Source: Syntrophomonadaceae bacterium | GTDB lineage: Bacteria; Bacillota; Dethiobacteria; DTU022 | Direction: 5' to 3' | NCBI GenBank assembly: GCA_003554395.1 | Contig: PWGD01000110.1 | Span: forward strand, 1-51,035 | DNA length: 51,035 bases | Shown here: piece by piece, positions 38,077 through 47,953 of the stretch | How positions within the stretch are numbered: position 1 is the stretch's first letter | How the letters are laid out: each line of letters opens with the position of its first letter | Notes under the pieces: generated by a model | The model's database searches: none | Told to the model about the DNA's origin: nothing | The model's input: the letters and a program-made list of their open reading frames with translations, nothing else | Position numbers and translations under genes: made by a program

Positions 38077-39390
38077 CTAGTACTGAATTATGCCGGGTAA
38101 AAATATGATCAAGCTGTGCAGCAGTGCGTTTGCCAGTATATTCTCGGTGCGCAAATAAATGAATCCCAGGATGGCTGCCGTACCGGGCACCAGGACCGCG
38201 ATCTCCAGGTGAGTGTAAGGGTAGTAAAGCATCCACGGCTCGGTAGCATAGATAAAAGCAGTGTGGGCCGCCGCGGCCAGTAAAATCATGATCAGCAGGC
38301 CCCAGTTTGGCCCCGTTAAGCGGGTCAGGTAAGCCTGGATGTACCCTCTCCAGATCATTTCCCGGGGCAGGGCGATCAGCAAAAACAGCAGCGGCAGCTG
38401 AAGGAGGTTGTTATAATCGCCAGTGTCGACCCCCTCCGGAAAGCCCCTGGTAGCCATCATGATCAGGGCTGCCGTCACGACAGCCAGTAGATACCCATGT
38501 TTTAATCGGTCCCGGCGCAGGCCAAAATCTAAAAAATCAATATAGCCCAGTTTAAACAACCCTATCAATATTAAAATCCCTGCAGCGTAACCGATGAAGG
38601 CATAATAATCAGGCCAGTTATTAATTTCCGGCATGATTGTGCCGGCGGCCATAATTGCTGCCAGGACCGGGGCCAGGATTAAGCCCAGGTAGCCGGGGTG
38701 AGTCCTGGCCAGGTGGACCCAGTATTTCGAATAACGGTGGTCCAGGGTAAAAAGCATTATTACCAAAAGCATGATTAAAGTAAATAGCGTGTAAACTACT
38801 GCTGAACCCAGGACATTAAGACTGCTGTATTTTGTTTCCGGGGGCAGGATTGGTTCCCCGTCCATTGCTATCAAATAGAAGTATGACAACCCTTCCGGAG
38901 TATGAAAGCTCATCGGAATTTTATCTTTCCAGATAGTAGGCTTGCCTTCCTGCCGGTTGAAAACCGCGGTCACTATTTCCAGCCGCTCCAGATCTTGGAC
39001 GGGAATAAAGATATTGTCTCCCCTGATCTCTTCAAAAAGACCGTGTTCTACAGTCATGAAAACTCCGTAGGCTTCGTCGTGATCGGTCCCGTTATTATAA
39101 TGCCTTATTGTGCCTCTTCCCAGCAGCATTACCGTCCGGTCGAAATTTGTTTCCTGGACCGTAGCGATGGTCCCTCCCTCGGGGAAGTTAACACTTAAAG
39201 CTTCAATTCGAAACTGCCAGGGTTCAAACTCGCATACCGTGCTAATCGAGTATTCCTGTGGTTTTTGCCCCAGGGCGTCCGGAATGAATGCAGTCAGGAC
39301 AAAAACGGCGATCACCAAAACTAAAATAATTCCGAACAAGATTAATGAGGCAATAAAATAGTTCTTGCCGGATATTCTTTTTAATAGCAA
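38077..39390 (-). CDS. Membrane protein: N-terminal TM, about 170-aa soluble domain, C-terminal CPBP (Abi/CAAX) domain with degenerate motifs (start re-called to TTG 39390)
   Basis: PREMIWRGY (EExxxR-like), AAAH, G..Y.RT.NIL...L.HS; many hydrophobic segments; AAGGAGG SD. Confidence 0.7.
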   Translation of the reverse strand: MLLKRISGKNYFIASLILFGIILVLVIAVFVLTAFIPDALGQKPQEYSISTVCEFEPWQFRIEALSVNFPEGGTIATVQETNFDRTVMLLGRGTIRHYNNGTDHDEAYGVFMTVEHGLFEEIRGDNIFIPVQDLERLEIVTAVFNRQEGKPTIWKDKIPMSFHTPEGLSYFYLIAMDGEPILPPETKYSSLNVLGSAVVYTLFTLIMLLVIMLFTLDHRYSKYWVHLARTHPGYLGLILAPVLAAIMAAGTIMPEINNWPDYYAFIGYAAGILILIGLFKLGYIDFLDFGLRRDRLKHGYLLAVVTAALIMMATRGFPEGVDTGDYNNLLQLPLLFLLIALPREMIWRGYIQAYLTRLTGPNWGLLIMILLAAAAHTAFIYATEPWMLYYPYTHLEIAVLVPGTAAILGFIYLRTENILANALLHSLIIFLPGIIQY

Positions 39391-39437
39391 AATAGCTCCT
39401 CCTTGTGATGCCTCTCTGGATGTCAAATTACCTTTTC

Positions 39438-39466
39438 TAATTCGACGAGTGGCCCGGTTTTCCTTT
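39438..39466 (-). promoter_or_regulatory. Putative sigma-H promoter of the CPBP-fol operon
   Basis: Minus strand AAAGGAAAA...GTCGAATTA (AGGA-N17-GAAT), about 50 nt upstream of the start. Confidence 0.65.
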
Positions 39467-39622
39467 AATAAAAAGGCGGGCAGTTTTACCCCTTTTTAAA
39501 GGCTGCTTCCTAAATCAGTTCCGGGCCCTTCAGTATTCTTTTCAAACATTCTTTATTCTGCTATAGTGTAAGTGCTCATCTGTTTAATGATACCAAAAAA
39601 AGAGATTACCGGGGTGAAAAAT

Positions 39623-40402
39623 TTGCTGCTAGCCATTGATGTCGGCAATACTCACATAATGCTGGGTATCTACAGGGAAGAAGATATCCTTGTTTACTGG
39701 CGCCTTCCGACCCGGGAAGACAGCACAGAGGACGAACTGGGGATGGTGGTTAAAAACCTGCTCCACAACAGCCGCCTCGGCCTGAAGGATATCGATGCTA
39801 TAGCTATCTCCTCCGTGGTCCCTCCCCTGATGTATTCCCTGGAAAGGATGGCCACTAAATATTTTAAAGTCGATCCCCTGGTAATCGGCCCCGGTATAAA
39901 AACAGGCTTAAATATTGTAACAGATAATCCCCGTGAAGTGGGAGCCGATCGTATTGTAAATGCCGTTGCGGCCTATAATTTATATGGCGGGCCCCTGATC
40001 ATTGTCGATTTTGGAACGGCCACCACTTTTTGCGCCATCTCTGAAGATGGTGATTATTTAGGCGGTGTTATATCTCCCGGAATCGGTATTTCCCTGGAAG
40101 CTCTCTTTGAAAAAGCGGCCAAGCTGCCCCGGGTAGAGATCCTGAGGCCGGAGCGGGTTATCGGCAAGGATACCATCAGCAGCATGCAGGCGGGGATTGT
40201 CTTCGGTTTTGTCGGACAGGTGGATGGCATTGTCCGCCGGATGAGGGAAGAATTCAGGCTGGAGCCGCTGGTTATTGCCACCGGGGGCTTTGCTTCCCTG
40301 ATTGCCCGCGAATCGGAGACCATCAGAGAAGTTAACACACTTCTGACTCTTGAAGGGCTGAAGATTATTCATAATATGAACCCGAGGGGGATTGAAAAAT
40401 GA
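39623..40402 (+). CDS. coaX: Type III pantothenate kinase (start re-called to TTG 39623)
   Basis: LAIDVGNT, SSVVP, VGADR, VDFGTATT, GG.ISPG, ATGG, LTLEGL. Confidence 0.96.
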   Translation: MLLAIDVGNTHIMLGIYREEDILVYWRLPTREDSTEDELGMVVKNLLHNSRLGLKDIDAIAISSVVPPLMYSLERMATKYFKVDPLVIGPGIKTGLNIVTDNPREVGADRIVNAVAAYNLYGGPLIIVDFGTATTFCAISEDGDYLGGVISPGIGISLEALFEKAAKLPRVEILRPERVIGKDTISSMQAGIVFGFVGQVDGIVRRMREEFRLEPLVIATGGFASLIARESETIREVNTLLTLEGLKIIHNMNPRGIEK

Positions 40403-41211
40403 AAATTGGACTGGCCTTGAGCGGTGGGGCAGCCAGGGGTATCGCCCATATCGGAGTCCTTAAATACCTCGATGAACATGACCTGGTCCCCTGCTGTGTA
40501 GCCGGGACCAGTGCTGGCAGTATAGTCGGTTCCCTCTACTGTTCCGGGAAAACTGTAAAGCAGTTGGTCAAAATTGCCTCCACCATGTCCTGGCGGAACC
40601 TGATTAATTTTTCTTTTCCCAAAAAAGGAATTATTGATTCAAGAAAACTGTTAGAAATAATTAAGGAACATCTGGGGGAGATCACTTTTGATGATCTTGA
40701 AATACCCCTTCTGGTCAATGCCGTAGATTTGTTAAGCGGTGAAGAAGTTGTTTTTGAAAAAGGGCCGGTTGCCGAAGCGGTCCAGGCCAGCTGCGCTATC
40801 CCGGGTATTTTTACGCCGGTTAAATTGGACAACCGCCTCCTGGTAGACGGCGGTTTGCTGGACAATGTTCCTGCAGTGCATCTGAAAGATAGAAATATCG
40901 ATCACATTATTGCGGTTAATGTAGGCGCCCAGAGGCCGCTCCAGAAAGAGCCCGGCAATATTTTTGAAATTTTGATCCAGTCCTATGATATTATGCGCCG
41001 CCACCGGGATATGCCGGCCTATGAAAATACCGACACTATTATCGAGCCTGAGCTGGGGGACATCAATTTTCATGACACCAGCAAAACCGGCATTTTAATT
41101 GATCGGGGCTATGATGCTGCCAAAAAGGCCCTGGACGGGAAAAGCTTTGTCAAGAAGAGAGGGTTTTTTTCCATTTTTTCCAGAAAGCGCGAACAGGCGA
41201 AATCAGAATAA
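40399..41211 (+). CDS. Patatin-like phospholipase
   Basis: SGGAARG, GTSAG, ASCAIPG, VDGG; ATGA overlap with coaX. Confidence 0.92.
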   Translation: MKIGLALSGGAARGIAHIGVLKYLDEHDLVPCCVAGTSAGSIVGSLYCSGKTVKQLVKIASTMSWRNLINFSFPKKGIIDSRKLLEIIKEHLGEITFDDLEIPLLVNAVDLLSGEEVVFEKGPVAEAVQASCAIPGIFTPVKLDNRLLVDGGLLDNVPAVHLKDRNIDHIIAVNVGAQRPLQKEPGNIFEILIQSYDIMRRHRDMPAYENTDTIIEPELGDINFHDTSKTGILIDRGYDAAKKALDGKSFVKKRGFFSIFSRKREQAKSE

Positions 41212-41212
41212 A

Positions 41213-41238
41213 AAGGCGCGGCCGGCCGGCCGCGCCTT
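41213..41238. terminator. Bidirectional terminator between patatin and PFOR
   Basis: AAGGCGCGGC...GCCGCGCCTT GC-rich palindrome flanked by A/T runs. Confidence 0.72.
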
Positions 41239-41254
41239 CTCCATCAAATCAGGT

Positions 41255-44200
41255 TTAGCTTTCAGAATCCGACTGGGCCTCCGCCAGCTGCCTGTACATC
41301 TCCAGCCTTTCTTTGGCTGCTTTTTCCGCTTCCATGAAAAGATGATCGGCCCTTTCAGGAAATTCTTTTTGCAGGGAGCGGAAGCGGACTTCATTCATCA
41401 TAAATGTCCGCAGGTCCTCCTTCGGCTCCTTGGAGTCGAGTATAAATGGATTTTTACCCTCCCTGGCCAGCATGGGGTTATAGCGGTAAAGCGGCCAGTA
41501 ACCCGATTCAACGGCCAGCTTTCCTTCCCTCTGGCTTTTGCTCATATCAATCCCGTGAGCAATGCAGGGTGAATAGGCGATTATGATGGACGGGCCTGGA
41601 TAAGCTTCGGCCTCGGTGATCGCTTTAAGGAACTGGTTCTGGTTGGCGCCCATTGAAACCATGGCCACGTATACATAGCCGTAAGTTACGGCCATCAGGC
41701 CTAAGTCTTTTTTTCGCACTTCCTTACCGGCTGCGGCAAACTTGGCGATTGCAGCAGTAGGAGTCGACTTGGAGGACTGCCCGCCGGTATTGGAATAAAC
41801 TTCAGTATCAAGAACCAGCAGGTTAACATCAGCCCCCGTCGCTATAACATGATCGAGTCCGCCAAAGCCGATATCATAAGCCCAGCCGTCTCCTCCGATA
41901 ATCCAGATTGAACGCTTGGGCAGGAGGTGTGATTGTTCGCGGATTGCACTCAACAGGGCGGCGTTGTCATCCTGCGGTTTTTCCGCCTCCAGCAGCTCGC
42001 GGATCCGGTCCGCCGCCTTGACGGAAGGATCGCCCTGGTCTTTTACTTCCAGCCAATCCTGAAGAGCCTCCTTCAGCGGTTCTGAAAGATTAGTTTCCAG
42101 GACCTGCTGCACCGCTTCAATCAGGACTTTCCTCTGCTGGTTGATGGCCAGGGAATAACCGTAGCCGAATTCAGCGTTGTCTTCAAACAGCGAACTGGCC
42201 CAGGCCGGGCCGCGCCCGCTGCTGTCGACGGTATAAGGCACTGTCGGGGCGTTGCCGCCGTAAATGGATGAACAGCCCGTGGCGTTGGCGATAACCATGC
42301 GGTTGCCGAATAACTGGGTGATGACCTTGATATAAGGGGTCTCACCGCAGCCGGCGCAGGCCCCGGAGTACTCAAACAGCGGCTTGCGGAACTGACTGCC
42401 GCGGACGGTTTTGGGATTGCTGTCCACTTCTACTTCGGGCAGGCTTTCCGCAAAGCGGAACCGGGCATCTTCAGCGGTGACAACCTCTTCAAAGGGTTTC
42501 ATCTCCAGCGCTTTTTCCTTGGCCGGGCAGACATCGACACAGTTGGCGCAGCCGGTGCAGTCCAGCGGAGAGATTTGCATCCGGTACTTAAAGCCCTTGA
42601 TATCCTTGGCCTTGCCATCCAGGGTGGCGAAACCTTCCGGGGCCCCGTCCAGATCTTCCGGGCGGGCCAGGTAAGGCCGGATTACGGCGTGGGGACAGAC
42701 AAAAGAGCACTGGTTGCACTGGATGCAATTTTCAGGGATCCAGATCGGCACATCAACGGCAATGCCTCTCTTTTCGTATTTGGTAGTAGCGGTAGGTACA
42801 GTGCCGTCCGGGTTAAAAGCGCTGACCGGCAGTTGATCCCCTTTGAGTTCTATCATCGGGTAAATGGTGTCACAGACATACTGCGGTGCCTCTTCCGGTT
42901 CAAAGACGGCCCCGGTTTCAGCCTCCGCCCAGCTTTCCGGATAACTTACTTCTTCAATGGCTTCCAGGGCTTTGTAAATGGCGTTAACGTTCATTTCTAC
43001 TACCTCGGCGCCTTTTTTTCCGTATGTTTTATTGATCATTTTTTCGATTTCCTTATAAGCCAGGGCCGGATCGATAACCTCTGAGAGCTTAAAGAATGCA
43101 GCCTGCATGATAATGTTAATCCGGGCGCCGAGCCCAAGTTCTCCGGCAATCTTGAAAGCGTCTATATTATAAAACTTCAGGTTTTTTTGAGCGATGGTTC
43201 TTTTCATCTCGGCCGGCAGGTGTTCTTCCATCTCTTCCAGGCTCCAGCCGGAGTTGAGCAGGAAGATCCCGTTTTCTCTGATCCCGTCCAGGATGTCGTA
43301 ACGGGTTACGAAAGCAGGGTTGTGGCAGGCGATAAAATCAGCCTGATCGATAAGATAGGTCGATTTTATCTCTTCCGGCCCGAAGCGCAGGTGGGATACG
43401 GTGATACCGCCTGATTTCTTAGAGTCGTAGACAAAATAGCCCTGGGCATACTGGTCGGTGTTGTTGCCGATAATGATGATGCTATTCTTGTTTGCTCCTA
43501 CGGTGCCGTCGGCGCCGAGCCCGAAGAATTTGGCCCGGTGGGTGCCTTCAGGGCTGGTATGGAGACAGCCTGGATAATCGATAGAGGTGTGGGAAACATC
43601 ATCGGTGATGCCCACGGTGAAATGGTTCTTGGGTTGATCGGAATTCAAGTTGTCAAAAACCCCTTTGACCATGCAGGGATTGAATTCTTTTGATCCCAGG
43701 CCGTAGCGGCCGCCGATAATGAGAGGGTTTTTTTTCGCTTCCATCATGGCGGTGCAGACATCCTGGTAAAGCGGTTCTCCTAAGGAACCGGGTTCCTTGG
43801 TCCGGTCTAATACGGCAATCCGCTTGCAGTTAGCAGGCAGGGCCGCCAGGAAGTGCTCATTGGAGAAAGGCCTATAAAGGCGGACTTTGATCAAGCCGAC
43901 CTTTTCCCCCTGCTTATTAAGGTAGTCCACGGTTTCCTCCACCGTATCGGAGGCCGAGCCCATGCAGACGATTACCGCTTCGGCATCGGGTGCTCCACAG
44001 TAATCGAACAGGTGGTAGCGGCGTCCGGTCAGTTCATAGACCTGGTCCATTACTGCGGCTACCTTTTCCGGGGTGGCCGCATAATAAGGATTGGCCGCTT
44101 CCCGGTTTTGGAAATAGATATCGGGGTTTTGCGCTGTTCCACGCTGGTGCGGTTTTTCCGGGCTCAGGGCGCGTTCGCGGAAGGCCTTGATGGCATCCCA

Positions 44201-44788
44201 GTCGGCCAGTTTTTTGATATCCTCATAGTCGATCAGCTCTACTTTCTGCACTTCATGTGAAGTCCGGAAGCCGTCAAAAAAGTGCAGGAAAGGCACCCTG
44301 GTTTTGAGCGTGCTCAGGTGTGAAACCAGGGCCAGGTCGATTACTTCCTGGACAGAAGAAGAGGCTATCATGGCGAATCCGGTCTGCCGGGCGGCCATTA
44401 CATCTGAATGATCGCCGAAAATGGACAGGGCGTGGGTAGAAAGGGCCCGGGCTGAAACATGAAATACCGAGGGCAAAAGCTCGCCCGATATTTTATACAT
44501 GTTGGGAATTTTCAGTAGCAGGCCCTGCGATGCGGTAAAGGTGGTGGTCAGGGCCCCGTTGACCAGTGATCCGTGTACCGCCCCGGCGGCGCCTGCTTCA
44601 GACTGCATAGTGGCAACCTTTAAAGTCTGGCCGAATATGTTTTTGCGGCCGTATGCCGCCCATTCATCGCATACTTCAGCCATCGGTGAGGACGGGGTGA
44701 TGGGGTAAATGGCCGCTACATCGCTTAGAGCATATGCAATATATGAAGCGGCCGTATTGCCGTCCATTGTCTCAATCTGCTTACTCAA
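41255..44788 (-). CDS. nifJ: Pyruvate:ferredoxin (flavodoxin) oxidoreductase, single-chain type
   Basis: DGNTAA, YPITPS, QSEAGAAG, CIQCNQCSFVCP, CTGCANCVDVCP, GACAGCGE, GGDGWAYDIG. Confidence 0.98.
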   Translation of the reverse strand: MSKQIETMDGNTAASYIAYALSDVAAIYPITPSSPMAEVCDEWAAYGRKNIFGQTLKVATMQSEAGAAGAVHGSLVNGALTTTFTASQGLLLKIPNMYKISGELLPSVFHVSARALSTHALSIFGDHSDVMAARQTGFAMIASSSVQEVIDLALVSHLSTLKTRVPFLHFFDGFRTSHEVQKVELIDYEDIKKLADWDAIKAFRERALSPEKPHQRGTAQNPDIYFQNREAANPYYAATPEKVAAVMDQVYELTGRRYHLFDYCGAPDAEAVIVCMGSASDTVEETVDYLNKQGEKVGLIKVRLYRPFSNEHFLAALPANCKRIAVLDRTKEPGSLGEPLYQDVCTAMMEAKKNPLIIGGRYGLGSKEFNPCMVKGVFDNLNSDQPKNHFTVGITDDVSHTSIDYPGCLHTSPEGTHRAKFFGLGADGTVGANKNSIIIIGNNTDQYAQGYFVYDSKKSGGITVSHLRFGPEEIKSTYLIDQADFIACHNPAFVTRYDILDGIRENGIFLLNSGWSLEEMEEHLPAEMKRTIAQKNLKFYNIDAFKIAGELGLGARINIIMQAAFFKLSEVIDPALAYKEIEKMINKTYGKKGAEVVEMNVNAIYKALEAIEEVSYPESWAEAETGAVFEPEEAPQYVCDTIYPMIELKGDQLPVSAFNPDGTVPTATTKYEKRGIAVDVPIWIPENCIQCNQCSFVCPHAVIRPYLARPEDLDGAPEGFATLDGKAKDIKGFKYRMQISPLDCTGCANCVDVCPAKEKALEMKPFEEVVTAEDARFRFAESLPEVEVDSNPKTVRGSQFRKPLFEYSGACAGCGETPYIKVITQLFGNRMVIANATGCSSIYGGNAPTVPYTVDSSGRGPAWASSLFEDNAEFGYGYSLAINQQRKVLIEAVQQVLETNLSEPLKEALQDWLEVKDQGDPSVKAADRIRELLEAEKPQDDNAALLSAIREQSHLLPKRSIWIIGGDGWAYDIGFGGLDHVIATGADVNLLVLDTEVYSNTGGQSSKSTPTAAIAKFAAAGKEVRKKDLGLMAVTYGYVYVAMVSMGANQNQFLKAITEAEAYPGPSIIIAYSPCIAHGIDMSKSQREGKLAVESGYWPLYRYNPMLAREGKNPFILDSKEPKEDLRTFMMNEVRFRSLQKEFPERADHLFMEAEKAAKERLEMYRQLAEAQSDSES

Positions 44789-44861
44789 TATGATTGCACC
44801 TCCAATTAAATTGTAGTGAATAAGCTTTATATTCCAAATATTACCGTCTCAAGTTTACTTT

Positions 44862-44890
44862 ATCTTACCACTAGATTAGCTTAAAAACAA
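44862..44890 (-). promoter_or_regulatory. Candidate sigma-A promoter of PFOR
   Basis: TTGTTT-17-TAAGAT with TGn on the minus strand. Confidence 0.45.
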
Positions 44891-45243
44891 ATCTACCGGG
44901 ACTATTTCTTAATTAAAAAGCCTGCCAGAAAACGCATCATCTTTCATTGTCATAAGCAGGATTACCTCCCAAAAACCTGATTAATTTATCACGGCAATGT
45001 CATTTTTATAGCAAACCGGAATCGCCTGATCGGCCCTTTGTTATGAACAAGGTCGAAGCTAAAAATTAGGCCTCCGGCCAACGATAAAAGATGCAATACC
45101 ATCTTTTATGATAAAATGAGATTAGTAAACCGGGGGTCAAAAAAATTGTCAGATTGAGAGCAATATTAAACATCCGGGTCAGGGGTCATTTGCCCTTTGG
45201 CTGCTGAACGTAATTTGAGTAGGTTTAGAAAGCAGCTGCAATC

Positions 45244-45993
45244 ATGACTGATGCTATGAAAAACTTAAAACAACGCCTGGTCCTGGTGGTTGAGGATGAG
45301 GATGATATTGGCCGCCTGATCGCTTATCACCTGGGAAAAGAAGGTTACTCGGTTTTAAGGGCCGGGAGCGGACCGGAGGCGCTGGACTATGCCTATGAGC
45401 ACCATCCCGATCTGGTGATTTTGGATATCATGCTGCCTGAAATGGACGGCCTGGAGGTTTGCCGCCGCCTGCGCAGCAGCGAAAGAACCGCTTCTACGCC
45501 GATCTTGATCTTATCTGCCAGGAAAGAAGAACTGGACCGGGTCCTGGGCCTGGAACTGGGGGCCGATGATTATATGATCAAACCCTTCAGCGTCAGGGAA
45601 CTGATGGCCCGCGTAAAGGCCATGCTGAGAAGAGTGGAACACTTCAAAGCAACCGCAGATAGCGACAGCCGAAGTGAAGAAAAGGTGCTCAGAGCCGGTC
45701 CTATTACGCTATACCCCGAGAGGCATCAGGTTATGGTTGATGAGCGGGCCTGCAACCTGACCCATAAAGAATTTGTTTTACTGCAATTGCTGATGTCCAA
45801 CCCCGGGAAAGTTTTAACCAGGGAGCTTTTACTGGATCGGGTTTGGGGTTACGAGGTGGAGGTTGATACCAGGACTGTCGATGTTCACATCCGCTACCTG
45901 AGGCAAAAAGTTGAACCGGATCCGGCCCATCCCAGATACATTGAAACGGTGCGGGGTGTCGGTTACCGTTTCTCCGGAAAAACGGAACCATAA
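45244..45993 (+). CDS. phoP: OmpR/PhoB-family response regulator, likely phosphate regulon PhoP
   Basis: VVEDE, LDIMLP.MDG, SARK, GADDY..KPF, RTVDVHIRYLRQK, ETVRGVGYRF; upstream of the kinase and pst genes. Confidence 0.88.
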   Translation: MTDAMKNLKQRLVLVVEDEDDIGRLIAYHLGKEGYSVLRAGSGPEALDYAYEHHPDLVILDIMLPEMDGLEVCRRLRSSERTASTPILILSARKEELDRVLGLELGADDYMIKPFSVRELMARVKAMLRRVEHFKATADSDSRSEEKVLRAGPITLYPERHQVMVDERACNLTHKEFVLLQLLMSNPGKVLTRELLLDRVWGYEVEVDTRTVDVHIRYLRQKVEPDPAHPRYIETVRGVGYRFSGKTEP

Positions 45994-46158
45994 CTGTGAG
46001 CCATACTGTTTTATAGATAGGCCTGACCGGGACAGAAATTGCCTGGTAGAGACAAGTTCAAACCCTTTCAATTATCCTGGTTAATGGTGCCGGTTATATT
46101 TAAGGGTTGCTTCTCGGCCCTGGGTAGAAAGAAGGCTTTGCCCGGGAGGAAGATCAAT

Positions 46159-47949
46159 TTGTTTGCCAGTATCAGACGTCGCTTAATCTCATATTACCTG
46201 ATTGTTATTGCCGTGATTGTGCTCCTGATCGGAGCATTTTTTATCTGGTTTCTAAATTATTTCTACATGGAAAGCCTCCGGGAAAGCCTTTATAACCAGG
46301 CCACTTTTACTGCTTCCCTGGTGCAAGAAATGAGGGAACGGGAAGCTTCGCCGGAAGAAATGGATGCCCACTTTAAGGAACTTGGTCAAAAATTGGGAGT
46401 GCGGATTACCCTGGTTGACCCTGAGGGACTGGTGCTGGCCGACTCGGATCAAGATCCTGCCCTGATGGACAACCACAGCAACAGACCCGAGATAAAAGAA
46501 GTATCCCGAGCTGAAAAAAAGGGCGTGGCTACCAGGTACAGCGATACCCTTGGCGAAGAGATGTATTACCTGGCTGTTCCCCTAGCTAGTGAGCAAAAGC
46601 CAAACGGTGCGGAGGCTTCTTCTTCCGTAATCAGACTGGCGCTGCCCCTGGCGGTCATAAACCGGGCCATTACTGATCTGCTCTTATTTCTTACAGGCGC
46701 CCTGCTGGTCTCTTCCCTTGTAGCCATGGGAGCTGCCTTTATACTGTCTAAAAAAATTACCGTCCCGATCGGTCAAATCAGCAGCGCGGCCCGTGAAATT
46801 GCCGCCGGTAATTTCCTGCCTGCTTTAAAAGTGGAGGGCCGGGACGAGTTATCCAGGCTGGCTGAAAACATAAGCGAGATGGGCCGGTCTTTGAAAGAAA
46901 AAATGGACCAGGTTACCTGGCAGAAAAACAAGCTCGAAACAGTGGTTTCTTCAATGAGCAGCGGAACTATCCTCACCGACAGCAATCTCAAGGTGGAAAT
47001 GATCAATCCCGCTGCGGAGAGGCTTTTTGACCTTGATAACAATGAGGCCGCCGGAAAACCTCTCCAAAACCTGGTCAGGTACCATGCCCTTCATGAGAAC
47101 CTGAAAGCAGCTTCCCGGGACGGCCGGACCAGGATCATGGAATTAAGCCCCTACTACCCCCGCGCAGCGGTTTTGGAAACCTATCTTCTCCCGGTCACAG
47201 GATCTAAAAATGAAGTAATTGGAGTCCTGCTTCTTTTCCACGAAGTAACCCGTTTGCGTTCCATAGAGAAAATGCGCAGTGATTTTGTCGCCAACGTCTC
47301 TCATGAAATGCGCACCCCCCTGACCACGCTGCGGGGATATACGGAAACGATCCTCCATGAAGAATTATCCCGCCAGCAGCTGCTTGAATTTCTTTTGATA
47401 ATTGAACGGGAAGCGACCAGGCTTTCCACCCTGGTCGATGATCTTTTAGACCTGGCCCGTATTGAAAACGAAAAAGATTTTGTCAAAAAAGAAACAGTGG
47501 ATTTAAAGCAGTTAATTAAAGAAGCGCTCGGCAGAGTCGAACAGCTGCGGAATGAAAAAGAGGTTAAGATAGCAGTCAGTGCTCCTACCGGTGATCTCTA
47601 CATTTCGGGAAACCGCGCCTGGCTCTACCAGGCCCTGGTAAATATCCTTGAAAACAGTATCAGGCATGGCTGGGCGAAAGGACATATCGATATTTCTGTC
47701 GTTTTCGATAACAGCTTCGTTACGGTAGAGATAGAAGACGACGGGCCGGGTATTCCCGAAGCCGACCTGCCGTATGTCTTTGAACGGTTTTACCGGGTTG
47801 ACAAAGCCCGTTCCCGCAAAAGCGGCGGGACCGGCCTGGGTCTATCTATTGTAAAACATATTTTTGAAGCGCATGGAGCCACTTATGCCCTGGAAAGCAC
47901 TGCGGGCAAAGGCAGTGTTTTTCGCTTTACCCTCTCTCTTGTCTCCTAA
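46159..47949 (+). CDS. phoR: PhoR-like sensor histidine kinase with HAMP/PAS (start re-called to TTG 46159)
   Basis: NHS.RPEI, DFVANVSHEMRTPLT, N box, DDGPGI, FERFYRVDKARSR..GGTGLGL; GGAGG SD. Confidence 0.9.
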   Translation: MFASIRRRLISYYLIVIAVIVLLIGAFFIWFLNYFYMESLRESLYNQATFTASLVQEMREREASPEEMDAHFKELGQKLGVRITLVDPEGLVLADSDQDPALMDNHSNRPEIKEVSRAEKKGVATRYSDTLGEEMYYLAVPLASEQKPNGAEASSSVIRLALPLAVINRAITDLLLFLTGALLVSSLVAMGAAFILSKKITVPIGQISSAAREIAAGNFLPALKVEGRDELSRLAENISEMGRSLKEKMDQVTWQKNKLETVVSSMSSGTILTDSNLKVEMINPAAERLFDLDNNEAAGKPLQNLVRYHALHENLKAASRDGRTRIMELSPYYPRAAVLETYLLPVTGSKNEVIGVLLLFHEVTRLRSIEKMRSDFVANVSHEMRTPLTTLRGYTETILHEELSRQQLLEFLLIIEREATRLSTLVDDLLDLARIENEKDFVKKETVDLKQLIKEALGRVEQLRNEKEVKIAVSAPTGDLYISGNRAWLYQALVNILENSIRHGWAKGHIDISVVFDNSFVTVEIEDDGPGIPEADLPYVFERFYRVDKARSRKSGGTGLGLSIVKHIFEAHGATYALESTAGKGSVFRFTLSLVS

Positions 47950-47953
47950 AAAT

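Noticed and set aside
44956-44982. GCAGGATT-N15-GATT as a further sigma-H promoter toward phoP
   Set aside because: The -10 is GATT rather than GAAT and lies about 260 nt from the start; not counted.
45994-46158. 40-aa N-terminal extension of PhoR or a hidden element between phoP and phoR
   Set aside because: The GGAGG SD supports TTG 46159; the extension is not protein-like and no strong structure or promoter is visible.
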